DNA of 61,788 nucleotides, filler included, from Rhabdomonas costata (lineage: Eukaryota), in the NCBI GenBank assembly GCA_019059605.1. It is 24 parts of 24 records of this genome, joined end to end, with 100 filler letters (N's around TTAATTAATTAA, not from the genome) between each part and the next. Parts side by side here need not be neighbours in the genome. Positions count along the whole stretch, not along the records: positions 12,897 to 15,376 come from JAHMHO010003218.1; positions 15,477 to 17,954 come from JAHMHO010003219.1; positions 18,055 to 20,534 come from JAHMHO010003220.1; positions 20,635 to 23,114 come from JAHMHO010003221.1; positions 23,215 to 25,692 come from JAHMHO010003222.1; 19 more parts are not named here. The stretch is one strand, 5' to 3'. Shown in pieces: positions 12,797 through 25,456 of the stretch. The position numbers were made by a program, and so were the translations under genes. Under the pieces are notes generated by a model. The model searched no databases, had not been told where the DNA came from, and saw only the letters and a list, made by a program, of their open reading frames with translations. Position 1 is the first letter of the stretch; each line of letters starts with the position of its first letter.

Positions 12797-15061
12797 NNNN
12801 NNNNNNNNNNNNNNNNNNNNNNNNNNNNNNNNNNNNNNNNTTAATTAATTAANNNNNNNNNNNNNNNNNNNNNNNNNNNNNNNNNNNNNNNNNNNNGTGT
12901 TTTCTTCTTCTGTGTGCTCTCCTGCGCTCCCGGTTTTCCCTTAATTTTCGCTCATCAGATCTTGTTTTTTCTCATCCATACGTGCCTTCTCTTTCTTTCC
13001 TTCAGTTCCAGCCTTATCAACTGTGGCCAAGAGTCTTCTAATCCCGTTTTTTCCAGCAGAACAACACGCGACGGGTAGATACCAAGCATAGTGAAAAGAT
13101 GAAAAGCAGTGTTCCTCCATACTGGGCAAAAACGTGCCCTGATCGGAGTTCGGACTATTCTTCCTTCGATAAGAATCACTCAAGGGCATGTTGCTGGGAC
13201 AACACATGAGTGGCAGTACTGTTTGTGCGGATCTTGAACTTTCGCAGCGTGACCGAAAAGTTGTGGTAGTGCAGAATGGAACCCAGCAGAATGGATTTTC
13301 CCGCGGAGTAAAAACGTTGATTCTAAAAATGCGCTGTGCAAGCCAAACCGACTACATATGATGCTCATGAACACACAAATGAGGTAAAATGAGGTGTTTG
13401 TGAAAAGCTGAACTGAAATACTGCTTATCGCTTCTGTATCTCAGTCTTAGCGGTAGCGCGTGCTTAGGCAGTGTGTAGCATATCTCCCCTACCATGACTG
13501 CGCAAGGTCAAATTCCATCTTGCTTCCAACGTACCTAGTTGGTAAGGGGAAACATGATGAATATGAAGGCTATTTATGCTTTGCATTACATTAAATCCTC
13601 CGTCTGGACCACTTTGTCTTCACACGATCCTCAGTTTTAGAATACCTCATGTGCCAAAACCTCTGTGGGCATCTGCGTTTGTGCGTTCCTTTTCCTCGCA
13701 GCCTGAATTGTTCGTCTGCAGTTCGTTTGCTGCACGTGGTGCTTACCGAGCTCTAGAGGCCCCTCTTCTGTAGATAATTGGTTTCAGTGACAAGGAATGG
13801 TGGGAGAGGCCGATCAGGCTTCTTCTTTCTCTTCTGCTTGTGTCGTTGTTTTGGGTTACAAAGTCGTCACTGTTGTAAATGTGTAATGGGTTTGTGGGTG
13901 TCTGACTGAGGAGTGATGGAATGGGGTATGGGAGTGGGTGCGATTTGTCTATACCCTACTTTGCTGTAGTGAGTTATCAAGTTTCCACCTCTTCTCCATT
14001 TCCCGGTTGTCTCTCTTTGAGACTTGGAAGCGTCTGCCTCTGCCGATGACTCCCTGCGCGTAGATTCGATGCTTTTGAGGGAACTGAAAGGAGATACATT
14101 TTGGGCGCTTCCTGGGTCGGGAATATGACTCAGTTAAGGTTCTAATTGTCGCTGAGAGAATCCCACCCTATTCGGAGCTGATAAATAACTTTTGATTTGT
14201 TGCCCCCTAGTTGTGCACAACCCCTCATATGACTTAAAGCACGGGTTAAATATTTCTTGCGAAAAGCAGCGTCGTGAAACATGATATTTATGTTTGAAAC
14301 GATGCTTATTGGTTTTGCGACATATGCTTATCCTGTGGACCCCCCCCCCGTATGGAAACAAGGAAGACCTGAAAACCTAGACATCAGAAGAGTTCCGAAG
14401 CACAGCAGTGTCCAAAAACACGCAGCGCTACAAGACGCGGAGAACAAGCACACGCCGCACAGCCTTTCCCAACTCAGAAAGAGGTGGTAGGCTTCTCCGC
14501 GTGAGGCATGTCTTTATTGTCCCAAACACACTTCGTCACATTCGACGAGAACAACCTAACCGACCGAATAAGACCGTTGAATAGGGAACACGTGCATCGC
14601 CTCCTAACCCCATGTGAGATCAGCCTTGATGATCGCAGTGTTACAACCCACAAGCACCGAAGCAGTGACGGAAGTAACGGGGACGTTGTGGGCGAACTGG
14701 CGGATGACAGCGAACAGCTGGCGAACGTGAACGTGGAATTCGGCGAAGTCGCTGCCCGTAAGCACCGAGATGCCCCGCTTGCACCTCTCAAACCGGGGCC
14801 CGGAACCGCAACCTGGCACCAAAAATACGCTCAGAACAATCGGGGCACGTAACCACGGGATTCAGAAACCCCAACCTGAGCATCTTCCCGACCACCCACG
14901 TCGCACATCCTCAAGATGGTGTGGAGGCATGCGAGACCCCCCTCAGTACTGGTCTTCTTGCGCTTCTTGTTGTTGGCCGGAGTGTAGGGTACACTTTTGG
15001 TTGTGGATCTCATCAACAACAAAACAATGAGAAGTATACGTAAATGAAGCAGAAGCAGAGC

Positions 15062-15145
15062 GGGGGGCCACAGGATAAACTTGTTTGCATACTGGGGGGC
15101 CACAGGATAAACTTGAACTGTGGGGGTGGGGCCCACAGGAGAAAC
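15062..15145 (+). repeat. Tandem GGGGGGCCACAGGATAAACTTG units (2 exact plus 1 degenerate), with an inverted copy at about 14326-14349
   Basis: Directly visible repeats. 14326 reads cttatcctgtggacccccccccc, the reverse complement of the same motif. Confidence 0.7.
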
Positions 15146-15766
15146 GTGCGCCGGTTACCATTACCACTTCTACTCTTATGAAATAAAACCGTTGGCCCCA
15201 ATCCGCCCCGCCCCCCGGGTCCTTTGGACCGAATTCTTAGTGCGACAGCGACCTTAGCGAATGAAACAATGTTCTCGTACGCAAGAACGAGCTTCATATG
15301 GAGTGGGTTCCCCACACACACATCGCCACGCTCTGTTAGTCTCTTTGGGAACAACAACACCACACACACCCAACACNNNNNNNNNNNNNNNNNNNNNNNN
15401 NNNNNNNNNNNNNNNNNNNNTTAATTAATTAANNNNNNNNNNNNNNNNNNNNNNNNNNNNNNNNNNNNNNNNNNNNGGGGTGGGGGGGGATAAGGACAGT
15501 TTTTGGTCTGCTTCAGTCGCTCTTTTGTTAAATCGGCAGCCTCGGTCTGGTGAAGAGATGTGTCGTTCCATGTTGACATTCGAGGCAGACACCCTGGTCT
15601 TCAGCACAAGCAAACGAGTTGGGCCCTTGACGCTTGAAAAAAGAGAAGAGGGGCCCTGATATCCTTTTTACGAAGCACCGAGCCGGAGGGAGGGAGTTGC
15701 GCAATGGAAAGAGTATTTTATGGCCCTCTTCCCATACGTGCGTTTCTGTGGTTGTGTGTGTGACAG

Positions 15767-15891
15767 ACCCTCGCGAAGCTCGTGGATGACCCTCACCTGC
15801 AGCTGAGGTACGTCCACGTCACAGGGAGCAACGGGAAGGGCAGCGTGTGCTGGAAGATTGCAGGCGCGCTGCAGGCCGCCGGCCTCACGGC
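15767..15891 (+). CDS. Folylpolyglutamate synthase/dihydrofolate synthase (FolC family) exon
   Basis: Exon after a gacag acceptor reads TLAKLVDDPHLQLRYVHVTGSNGKGSVCWKIAGALQAAGLT, the FolC P-loop motif HVxGTNGKGS. It is missed by the ORF track. Confidence 0.9.
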
Positions 15892-16186
15892 GTGTCATCC
15901 CCCCCCCCCGCTCAATCTGTGCTTAGGCTACGCTTCTTTTTAGGGCGTGCCGCAATCCATTTCACCATTTCACGATACCTATCGAATTGGTGGCTATGGT
16001 GCGGGAATGAGCACATGTGTGTGCTGATGAGGGGATTTTCGATCCATTGTAATGGATATATGGCACAACTAAAAAAGACGGGCCATGGGTGAGAATAGAT
16101 TTCTTGCGGAGGGTTAGGTCAACTTGCACGTGCCGGGGGCAACTTTCTTAGGGTTAGGTAGCGATGCTTCCTTCCTCTTTTTAGCT

Positions 16187-16625
16187 ATGTTTTCTCTGTT
16201 TGACCTTGAGGCTCTGTACCAGGGTCTGTGCGAGGACGAGGCAAATCTGAAGAAATTTTTGGAGGGGTTGGTGTTTTGGGAGAGGTTTCTGAAAGGAGGC
16301 TTGGTCCTCCAACCATTGAAATGTCCGCCCTCTTGTGGACAAAGTTGCAGATGGTTCTATCCTGTACACTGACGGGGCTCGCGCTTATGAGTCTCTTTGC
16401 AGGGAGCGACACTTGAAGTGGTCTTCTGTTGACCATTCCAGTGGAGAGTTTGTTCGGAGGCAGCGACTATGGGGAAAGGTTCGAGTAGTGTCCACCCAGG
16501 GGATTGATGGAACCTGGGGTAGGCTGAAGACCTTCCTCAGAGCAAGAGGTGGGGTATATACTGACCATCTGGAGGCTAATGTCAAGGAGATCCAGTGGCG
16601 TCAGAACCTCCCTGATGACGCTGAG
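16187..16625 (+). mobile_element. Merlin/IS1595 (ISXO2/IS1016-like) DDE transposase, internally deleted, downstream of the FolC exon
   Basis: C-terminal motifs GSILYTDGARAY, SVDHSSGEFV, STQGIDGTWGRLK and HLEANVKEIQWR. An N-terminal piece (ATG 16187 to LKCP) is joined out of frame near 16327. Confidence 0.85.
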
Positions 16626-18376
16626 AGTGGATACCGGTCCTTACAAAGTTTACCACCGCCACAATACCCAATGGTAGTTCAAATCGTCAGTCAATGGTAA
16701 TCGCTTCAGAGATAAGGGCCTTGTTTCACCCCAACCCTAACCCTCACTGAAATTCCTCCACAGCCTCGGCCATCCGCTCTTCCGGTTCTGCCCTTTTGGA
16801 CGAACGCAATTTTGGACAAAAACTGCCCGGACTCCAGCTGGGGTGTGTGACATGTGATTTCCCGTGATGTGGAAACGAACTACTTGTGGTGCAGACTGGA
16901 AAAATTATACCGAAAAAGATAACATAACAACCAGATCTCGATCCAGTATCCTCTGTCAGGAATCGGCTTCCTCAAGTTGCGCACTGGTCACTTGAGAGAC
17001 CTAGATCCTCTTCGAGAGGTCGCCACATTGCCCTCTCCCTCTCCGAGAGGTCACTATAATGTCCCTCTAACTCCGTGAACATGTCCTAAACCTCTCAACC
17101 AGCAGTGCTATGATGGCCACCGCCTGGACCTGGACCGGTCACTAAAGGCGATTAAGACGACAAATCTACAGTCAAAACCTCGAAGTTTCACCGAAACACT
17201 CCTTTAGTGGCGTAATCAATCTTTGGTATTAACCTCCCCATCTCGCCGTCCCTATCTTTGCCCTCAATAGACCTGATGGGCTGCACGACAATCTCCGACG
17301 CGCTGACCTCCCGGGGTCGGCCTACGGGATCGCACTGCTGTCGGGTCAGGCCCGCTCCAAACCACCCCAGCATCATCCCAAACACGAAGACCACCCCAAG
17401 CCCTAGTTCACATTCGTTCACGCAGAGACTTCAAAACAGTAGTGCGGACGCGGAGGTGGTTTGAGTGTGAAAGCAATCACAGTACAGAACTCGCGCGAAA
17501 TACCTGAATTGTGAGAAAGCCAAGAAATTTGAGTAAGGTTACGGCACCGCACAACATCGTTAACAGTTTACGGAACCGTCGACCCCATCAGGAACGGGCA
17601 GCCACCGCCTCAGCGACTACACAAACGAGGGGCAGACGCAGGGGGATGTGCTTCCGAAATTCGGCGTCCACACAGGGGGCACATACAACTGTGCTTCAGG
17701 ATCCGCAGCTTCATCTCCAAACGGGCTGCACGCAAAAGTTTTCCTCACTCATTGGCGGAAGGCCTAGAAGCGGCGGGCCTTGGGGGCGGTGGATTATGGG
17801 AGGGGTACTGGGGCGATAAAAAAAGTAGGAAAATGCGAGGCCGGCAACCACGAATCCCCCTTTGAATACAATCAAACGGAAAAAGACTCCAAAAGCTCAA
17901 AAATCTCACACCTGCAAAGCAAATATAACGGTATGTGGCTTTTGCGCGGAAGCGNNNNNNNNNNNNNNNNNNNNNNNNNNNNNNNNNNNNNNNNNNNNTT
18001 AATTAATTAANNNNNNNNNNNNNNNNNNNNNNNNNNNNNNNNNNNNNNNNNNNNTTGTGGGTTTTTATAATCGTGAATTGACCAACTGAATTCGACATAA
18101 GAATACATGGTGTGTCTCAAAACATCTAGCGGCTTGTAATCATAACGTCTGACCTACGCAAAAAATGGTAGGCTCGATCGCTATTTGCACGGGAAGCTGC
18201 TCTTTCATTCTACTTATCAAATGTCGCCTTTACCAGCTTCCATTCCGCTTTCAGACGCTTAACCTGAAGTCTCACACAAGCGCCAGGATGAAACATCTCC
18301 GGGAAATCTCTTTGTAACGTCAGGTTGTGATTATATTTCGGGTAATACTTCGTGTTTGCAATGATTGCCGTGTTTA

Positions 18377-18398
18377 TAATAATAATAATAATAATAAT
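18377..18398 (+). repeat. (AAT)n microsatellite
   Basis: ataataataataataataataat seen directly. Confidence 0.9.
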
Positions 18399-19715
18399 TG
18401 TAGAATACAACTTTGGCAATGGCGGATTAAAAGGTGTCATCTCGACGACTTTCGGCTAAAAAAAATTTCGTGTCGCCAAATTTAACATCTAAAATGTATC
18501 CTATCCGTTCGGGGTATGGGCTATCTGATTGACGCCCTAGTCTTGTAAATCGCCTTTTCTAAAGGCGAAGATAGCGGCGTCATTACCTTGGTGGGCTTTT
18601 CCCTATTAATTAACCGACCCCGGGAAGTTGAAGGGGCACGGCCAGCGATGGTCATGTTGATGGTGTAGCTCGTCGGAACGGGCGGTGGTCAGGCTCCGAT
18701 CCCGGACGCCCGGTCTCTTCCCATAAAAAACGCACTTGCTTCCAGGATCGTGGAGCTGATCGATAAAGAAATGACCAGTGGGATTTGCGGCTCTTGCATG
18801 TAGCGTTGACCCACTTCGAGAACGCTGCTGTCAAATGTCAATGTTGCCCTTGCTGTTGGGTGCGTGCTCCTTGGCGTCATGGCTTAGTTCGATGGGGTCT
18901 CAAGAATCCTGGGTGTCCAGGTTGTTCATCCACAAATGATGGACAGCGACCCGGCCACCCCAATGATGTTCGCCATTTTTATAAAAATCGGACAAAGCTT
19001 CGCGACGTAAATGTGCACATACTGCCGTAAATATTTTTTTTTTCGTGAAAACGTATGAGATTCAATGTAGTTCACGTTCAATAGGCGTTTTTCGTCATTT
19101 ACGCTTAATCTAACCGAGGAGGAGCTAAAGAGGCGCCACCGTTAAGTGACCACATCAAGCGTGCTCTCACATTTGCGATTGGGCAGGTTTTCAGTGACAG
19201 TTGGCAAGCTTAATTGCCAAGCAAAAGCATGATGCAGATAGTGCATTGGCGAGGAGAAATGATGAATAGTCAATAACGGGAGTGTACGTTTCACCGAATG
19301 GAATGGAATTGTCAATTACTTTACTTAAACGGTGGCTCAGTTTTAGACTCACACCAAATAAACACCATTGATCGAAAGGAGAAAACAATGTGATCACACA
19401 GTTGCGCATATCGGTCTTATACAGCAAGCACAGTCCCCGCACGAGAAAAGAGGGAAACCCTCTTCCAGTGATATTCATAGCACACAAGACTTTCCATGTA
19501 AAGAAACCATAAACATAAGACAGAACAACACGAGAAGGGAGCGGGGTGAGATACATAAATCGCGCGCAAAGACAAAACCAAATTCAGAATATACTCGCAA
19601 CACTCCCAAGGCAAGGAGTTCTTCACAGTTGACAAGAGGCTTCTGTGCATTGGCAACGAGCTCAGCTTGGAGCGGTGCGTGTACGTGCTGCAGGAGCTGC
19701 GTGGGCAGTTTGCGT

Positions 19716-19886
19716 TCATTTAGAGAACTTTTGGATCTTTTCCAGGACTCGGTCCGCACTGGCACCCTCCACACGGGAGTCATCTTCAGACTGCCCCACA
19801 GGCTTGCCCTGCCTGAAGAACACAAACGTTGGCACACATGTGACCCCGAGCTGTTCCGCCACTGCGGCAACCTCGTCGACGTCAAC
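19716..19886 (-). CDS. Thioredoxin-fold protein, terminal exon
   Basis: After a tcag acceptor: VDVDEVAAVAEQLGVTCVPTFVFFRQGKPVG...VEGASADRVLEKIQKFSK*, matching the thioredoxin VDVDE...PTF.FF..GK...GA pattern. Confidence 0.88.
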   Translation of the reverse strand, partial: VDVDEVAAVAEQLGVTCVPTFVFFRQGKPVGQSEDDSRVEGASADRVLEKIQKFSK

Positions 19887-20780
19887 CTGAAAGAAACCCC
19901 CGACGGCATTTCAACTGCACAAAATTGTGGGGTGTGGTCTATGAGGAGGGGACGTTGAACGGTATTACGCCGTAATATATGGTGTTTACACCGATATGCG
20001 GTGAACGACACTAAACCAATGGGGCCCGATTCCACTAGACACCAGTGTACAAAACATGCTTCGCTTTGACATGCACCGCGACTTAGGACCGAAATCTACC
20101 TCCAGGTCTCCGCCGTGCGCTCCGGCCGCGCCGCATACTGGATTCGGCCGAGGTGGCTGGTCTCCGTTCTTCTTAACCGATAGACGCCACCTAGACCTAA
20201 GTTACTATCAGTCAGTCACTCGGGCTCGATGGGCTGGGGTTTTCTGGCGGTCGTTTGGGCTGGTGTTCTCCACTTCCTTACAGGCGCTAGCCACACGGAT
20301 ATGCGCGGTGATCAAACGCCGAAGAAGGCCCACTAAGCGACGCTGCAAGTTCAGTTCAGTCCTTGCAAATTTCCTACTTTGAGCGTGATGCGACACCCTA
20401 CGAAATCATCTCCTCCCCTTTCTGATACGAAAGTCATTACCCAGCACCAGCGAATGGAACACACCCTTAGAAACTGCACATCCTTGTGCTCTTTGGCGAG
20501 GCCCCCAATCTTGGGCGCCACAGTCCAACAAAAANNNNNNNNNNNNNNNNNNNNNNNNNNNNNNNNNNNNNNNNNNNNTTAATTAATTAANNNNNNNNNN
20601 NNNNNNNNNNNNNNNNNNNNNNNNNNNNNNNNNNTGGTTTTGTGGCCGGTGAGGGGTGGCAGCACGCCGTGGGAGAATATTTCTGGTCACAGACCTGGGG
20701 TTCGCGCATTTGTATCCGTAGAATCGACCGTTTAGTTTTTCACTGCCCTTTATATTGCGCCCTTTTCATTGCCTGTCGAG

Positions 20781-22594
20781 CAACTACCTTTCGACTTTCG
20801 ACCTCCTTTGGTATTCTGCAGCCAACATCACTTGCGGAAATCACCACAACTGCTCCGAGGGCTTCATTCCAAGGCTGGCCACTGCGCCATGCACCTCGAC
20901 GTCGTGCACCGATGCGGACTGCTGTGCAGGCATTTTTCTCGCTGTCTCGGTCTCTCATGTCTCTCATGCCGCCCCGCGCGGTGAGCCGACGGGCCAGGAA
21001 AGAGTTTTAAATAGTGCTTTTTGGTTTGTCTCTATTTTATATTTAGACTTTGACCCAACAAAATAGACTTAGCACAAACTATTCAATTCAATTGCCTTCT
21101 CTGTATTGTACATTATGCCTCAGTGGAGCGCACATTTTTCGAGAGAGAAAAAACGAAAACCCACCGCATGTTCATTTTCGCGGTAAAATGCCAAGTGACG
21201 AGAGTGGAGGCTCTTGTGAGTGAAGTATTTCGCGAACGCCTTCATTGGCGCATTCATTCATTCTTTTAGCTTCAGCCAATGCGCAAATTGCCAGTCGGGT
21301 TCTTCCATGCGGACCATTGGACCATTAGCTGATCCTCTGTCCTAGGGCCGACCTTGAAAGAAAGGCGTCCCGAGAACTTGGACGCGAAAAGTTAGAGTCG
21401 ATGTGGGACTGGGGAACGGGAAGAAAAAGTTCCGAGACCGCTTTATCTGTTGTCTCACGAGCAGTGTGGGATGGGGGTGGGCTCAAAACACCATCCAAAA
21501 GCCCATGCAACATCCAAGAGACCTCACCAATGTGGGGTTGTCGTGCACCCTTCAGCCTACAGTTCGTACACTCCCATACGATGTTCTCGGACGGCTGGAA
21601 GCTTGCTGCTTTGAGGACAATTTCCGGGAGTCTTCGTACAAGCTGTACAAAGAGATGTGACGTTTAAAGCCGCGGCATCGGTTTGGGTAAAGGTGACCGC
21701 ATCGGCTGCGGAGTACTTCCTCGAAATGCACAAGCGTTACTGTTGAGTGCACTTTCTTCCAAGCCGGGAATGTAGCTGCAAACGGGCCCTCCCGAGAGCC
21801 ATGTATTTTTTCGGAGGAAGTGTTACTTTTCGGGCAACCACTTATATGTGTGCTCTATGTCAGGTCAAAAGTGAGAACTCAGTCAAAGCCCAAAACATGC
21901 TTGGAAAAAGGCCCCCATTGACTTGTTAGGCAGCGAACAAGAGTTTTATACCACTTGTTCGCTCAAGAAGTCCGAATTCGTAAACGTAAAATACAGCGAG
22001 CAAAATTCTCACTTTTGAGGTGACCCGGGTAATACTTTTGGATAATGTCTTATATCTATTATTTTTAGCGGAAGAGCATGCAATTTACAAAACTTTGTCG
22101 AGGCTCTTCTGTAACGGTTCCCAGTACGAGTTGCGTAGGACGACTGTACCCCGCCCTACTACGGGGGTACAGTGGCCGCTGGGGCACAACCCCAAAGCGA
22201 GTAAATGGGCAACAGAGCTCAGCAGTGGCTCCGGGCCGGAGCAGCTCAACGAGTAGCGATGGCGATGTGCCCGATTTCCGCCGCCCGGCTCAGCCATAAT
22301 ATTAAAACTGTACTCTACTTGGTGTTGTGTTGCTGCTGTCAGCCTCTCTGGGCTGCTACCGTGACCCCTACAGCGGTGCCCAGGCCGCCATGGGCAGCAG
22401 CCGCGGTACAGGATACACCCCTCAAACCTGCATTCAGCACTGCGCGGTGCAAGGCTACGTCTTCGCTGGATTGAAGAACCCAACCTGCCAGTGCTTCTGT
22501 GGCGACACCGTGCAGCACTCCGGGGCCTCGAACAACTGCTCCTTTGTGTGTGGGGAGACGTCTTCGGAGCTCAGCGTGTACGCCGTCATTGCAG
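20781..22594 (+). CDS. Extracellular Cys-rich/WSC-domain protein, partial (exons about 20781-20929 and 22343-22594)
   Basis: WSC pattern LGCYRD...TPQTCIQHCAVQGYVFAGL...QCFCG...C...CG...LSVY. The upstream Cys-rich exon (TCGNHHNC...CTDADCC) is phase-compatible through a GC donor. Confidence 0.8.
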
Positions 22595-25266
22595 GTGTGC
22601 TTGCGGTTTTGGTTTAGACCTTGATTTATTCCGCGTTGCGTGGTTTCAGGTTGCGGTTTAACCGCGCTCTGGCCTGAACGTTTTGCGCCGTTTTGTGAAG
22701 TGGTCACTGCTGGGATGAAAGTAATGTTCGGATAAAACCGGAGGTTTCTTCCTGTGACCTTGTTTGCTGCACTATTGCGGTTGGGCACCCGTTTGTGCGG
22801 GTATGTCCTTCTCTTCAGTTGAGTCGAAAAAACCCAGAGGTTTTCATCGGATGAGAACTTTCACATGTGTGCTCCCATCATGAGCTTAAAACTGACCCCG
22901 TGAAGAATACGAGTGAAAAACACAGCGTAGCGACTGCGTATTCTATCCAGGTTTACCATTTTTCTATCACGTTATACATTACAAACAGAGCTCATCGTTT
23001 GTCCGTGTTATTTTCTTTTCATATTTCACTGGTTACTATTATTTTTTTGGGGGGGTTCAGATTATCCCCGCTGCTCCACATTCGTCTGCCCTCCGGGGTA
23101 CACACCAAACCCCCNNNNNNNNNNNNNNNNNNNNNNNNNNNNNNNNNNNNNNNNNNNNTTAATTAATTAANNNNNNNNNNNNNNNNNNNNNNNNNNNNNN
23201 NNNNNNNNNNNNNNGGGGGGGTGGCTTTGCTCCGTTGGCCCACACGGCTTCGGCGTGGAGGCCCACGGAGACAAGTGGAGCGCAACTTCCCTGGATCATC
23301 ACACGGATGGGGTGTGCCGATGATTATCGTGAAGACACAGTGGAAGGTAGTGATGACGGAGGAAGATGCTTATGTACAGCAAAGCTCAAGAACAGAGGGA
23401 CAAGCAAGCAAGGGAGTGAAGGAAAAGAAAATCATGTCAAAGGCAAGGGCAAGGGGTGGTGAGTGTGACGCATCGCACTGCTTCGGCAGAGAGAGTAACA
23501 CGTTGGGGCACACACGCACACAGAGAAGACCACTCTACACTCTACAGGGCTTCGGCTGAGGGTCCGAAGCGAGTCGCCCAAAAGCACACCCCACCCTCCC
23601 ATCTCCGTAAACAATACAAAGCCCACCGAAGGAAAACCCCTCGGCGCGGCGCGGCGGCACAAAAGGCAGCTCGGTGAAAGGAAGAACAGCCCTTCCAAGC
23701 ACACAGAACACGTGCACACACACACACACCGCCTTGCTAGAGAAGGTTATGGTCGACGAAGGCATGAGGGTTTGGTTGAGCTGCAGCGCATCGGGCATTT
23801 TCCCGGATCACAGCACGCACGATGAAGAACGAACGGTTCGGGGTTTGGGAGGGGAAGAGAAGAGAAGAGAAGGGAGTATGAAGAAATGGAAGAGAACCCG
23901 ATCAGTGATGCTGGTTCTATTTCCCTCCGACAAAAGTACATGGAGCAACAGGAGCAACTAAAAGGAGTGGCAGCACCGTACAGCACTGCTTGGCCGAAAA
24001 GTGCCCGGGGTGCGGAAAACCTGACTGACTCTATCCCCTTCCCCAGAAGAGAAGAGCAAGAGGAGCGAGCAAAGCAGTGGTAGTGAGAGAGTGGCAACAA
24101 GGAACACAGGAACACTTCAGCAAGAGGGCATCTCAGTTGTGCCGCAGGACGGCATCAAGGAAGACTTGGTGGGTAGAGCGAGGGGAAAAGCACCCACAGG
24201 CTCCCGCACTGTTGGTAACCCCCCCCCCTCCTAAGTGGAAAACCTAACGCCCGAATCCGACCAACATCTGGACATCTGGGAGAAAGGCGGACATTTGCCT
24301 GAGGATAAATAAATGGCACTAGCCCGGCACACAGAGGAATACAAAGGATCACGGTAGGTCACGCTCCTTGGTAACAGTAAGAGTAAACATGGCTGTGAAA
24401 TGGAGGTAGGCATCACTCCCTAACCCTATGAAACTTGCTGGGGGGGGGGCAGAGCCCCCCCAGAACCCCCACCGTGTGTGCATGGCGTCCTAACCCCCTG
24501 CAAGGTAAATACCTTCATCCAAAGTGTGCGGGCTAGTGCAGGAGCGCCAATATCTCAGCAGATACTACCCACAGTACTGCGGGAGTGGCGATGGAATGGT
24601 AGCGTGTCCACCATGGTGTTTTGCACAATATTGCTAATATCCTGGGTCCCTGGCAGATGTTATTGGTCGAGACTAGCGCCGATGCACACGATTCCAGGGA
24701 GATGCTCTTGATGGGAAGTGATGGAGCGTTGTTACTGCAACCGCTGGAACCGGAATATCAACCACAAAAATGGAGGATGGATGACATGGGCGACGGCAGC
24801 CCTAAAATAAAATTGCTGGTCTTGTAAATTTTTCCTTTGCCGATTGGGTGTCGCTTTTTCATTAAACATTTAGCATCATCAAGGGGAAAGCAGCGGTAAA
24901 GCAGAATTGGGTGCACTCGAACACCCACACTAGAACAAGCAAGCACAAGGGCAGACTTGAACTGCGGCGGGGGATTCGGGTCGGTGTCCACCACGAAGTG
25001 CACCCTTCGCTGCTTCGCAGTGGACTTCGTGGTGGGAGTACTGGCCGGAGGGGTGGAGACAGGAGCGCCACCCTAAAACAGGTGGGTATATATGGTGGAG
25101 AAAAAGGTCTCTCCAAAGGTGAAGGTATCTCGTCAGAATTACCACAGGCATGGCCAGTCCAACAACATGATGAACATGAGAAGTATGAAAAGATGGCTCA
25201 CCCGCCCATACTTATGATACGTCTTTATCACCTCAGTCACTATCCACACGCAGAGGTGCAAAAACC

Positions 25267-25456
25267 TGCGTGAGGGAGGTGCTCGCAAGGGGAGCAACCT
25301 CACCCTGGGCGCCGCTCGGTGGGGTCGCAGGCTCCTCCTCACTGGCCCCGTAGTCTGAGCCCTCCGCGAGCTCTACCTCGCTCATCGCAGCGCGTGGAGG
25401 AACCTCCAGCGGCCGAGGCCCGCGGTGGTGCTCATTTCCAAGCCCGCGGGTACCAC
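25267..25456 (-). CDS. Probable exon of unknown low-complexity protein (MSEVELAEGSDYGASEEEPATPP…)
   Basis: tttag acceptor, cag|gt donor, GC-rich open frame. Confidence 0.35.

Noticed and set aside
18710-18790. KNALASRIVELI resembling KKTIIARIVEMI at about 2670-2705 (SAP-like)
   Set aside because: A 12-aa similarity with no further extension; could be chance.
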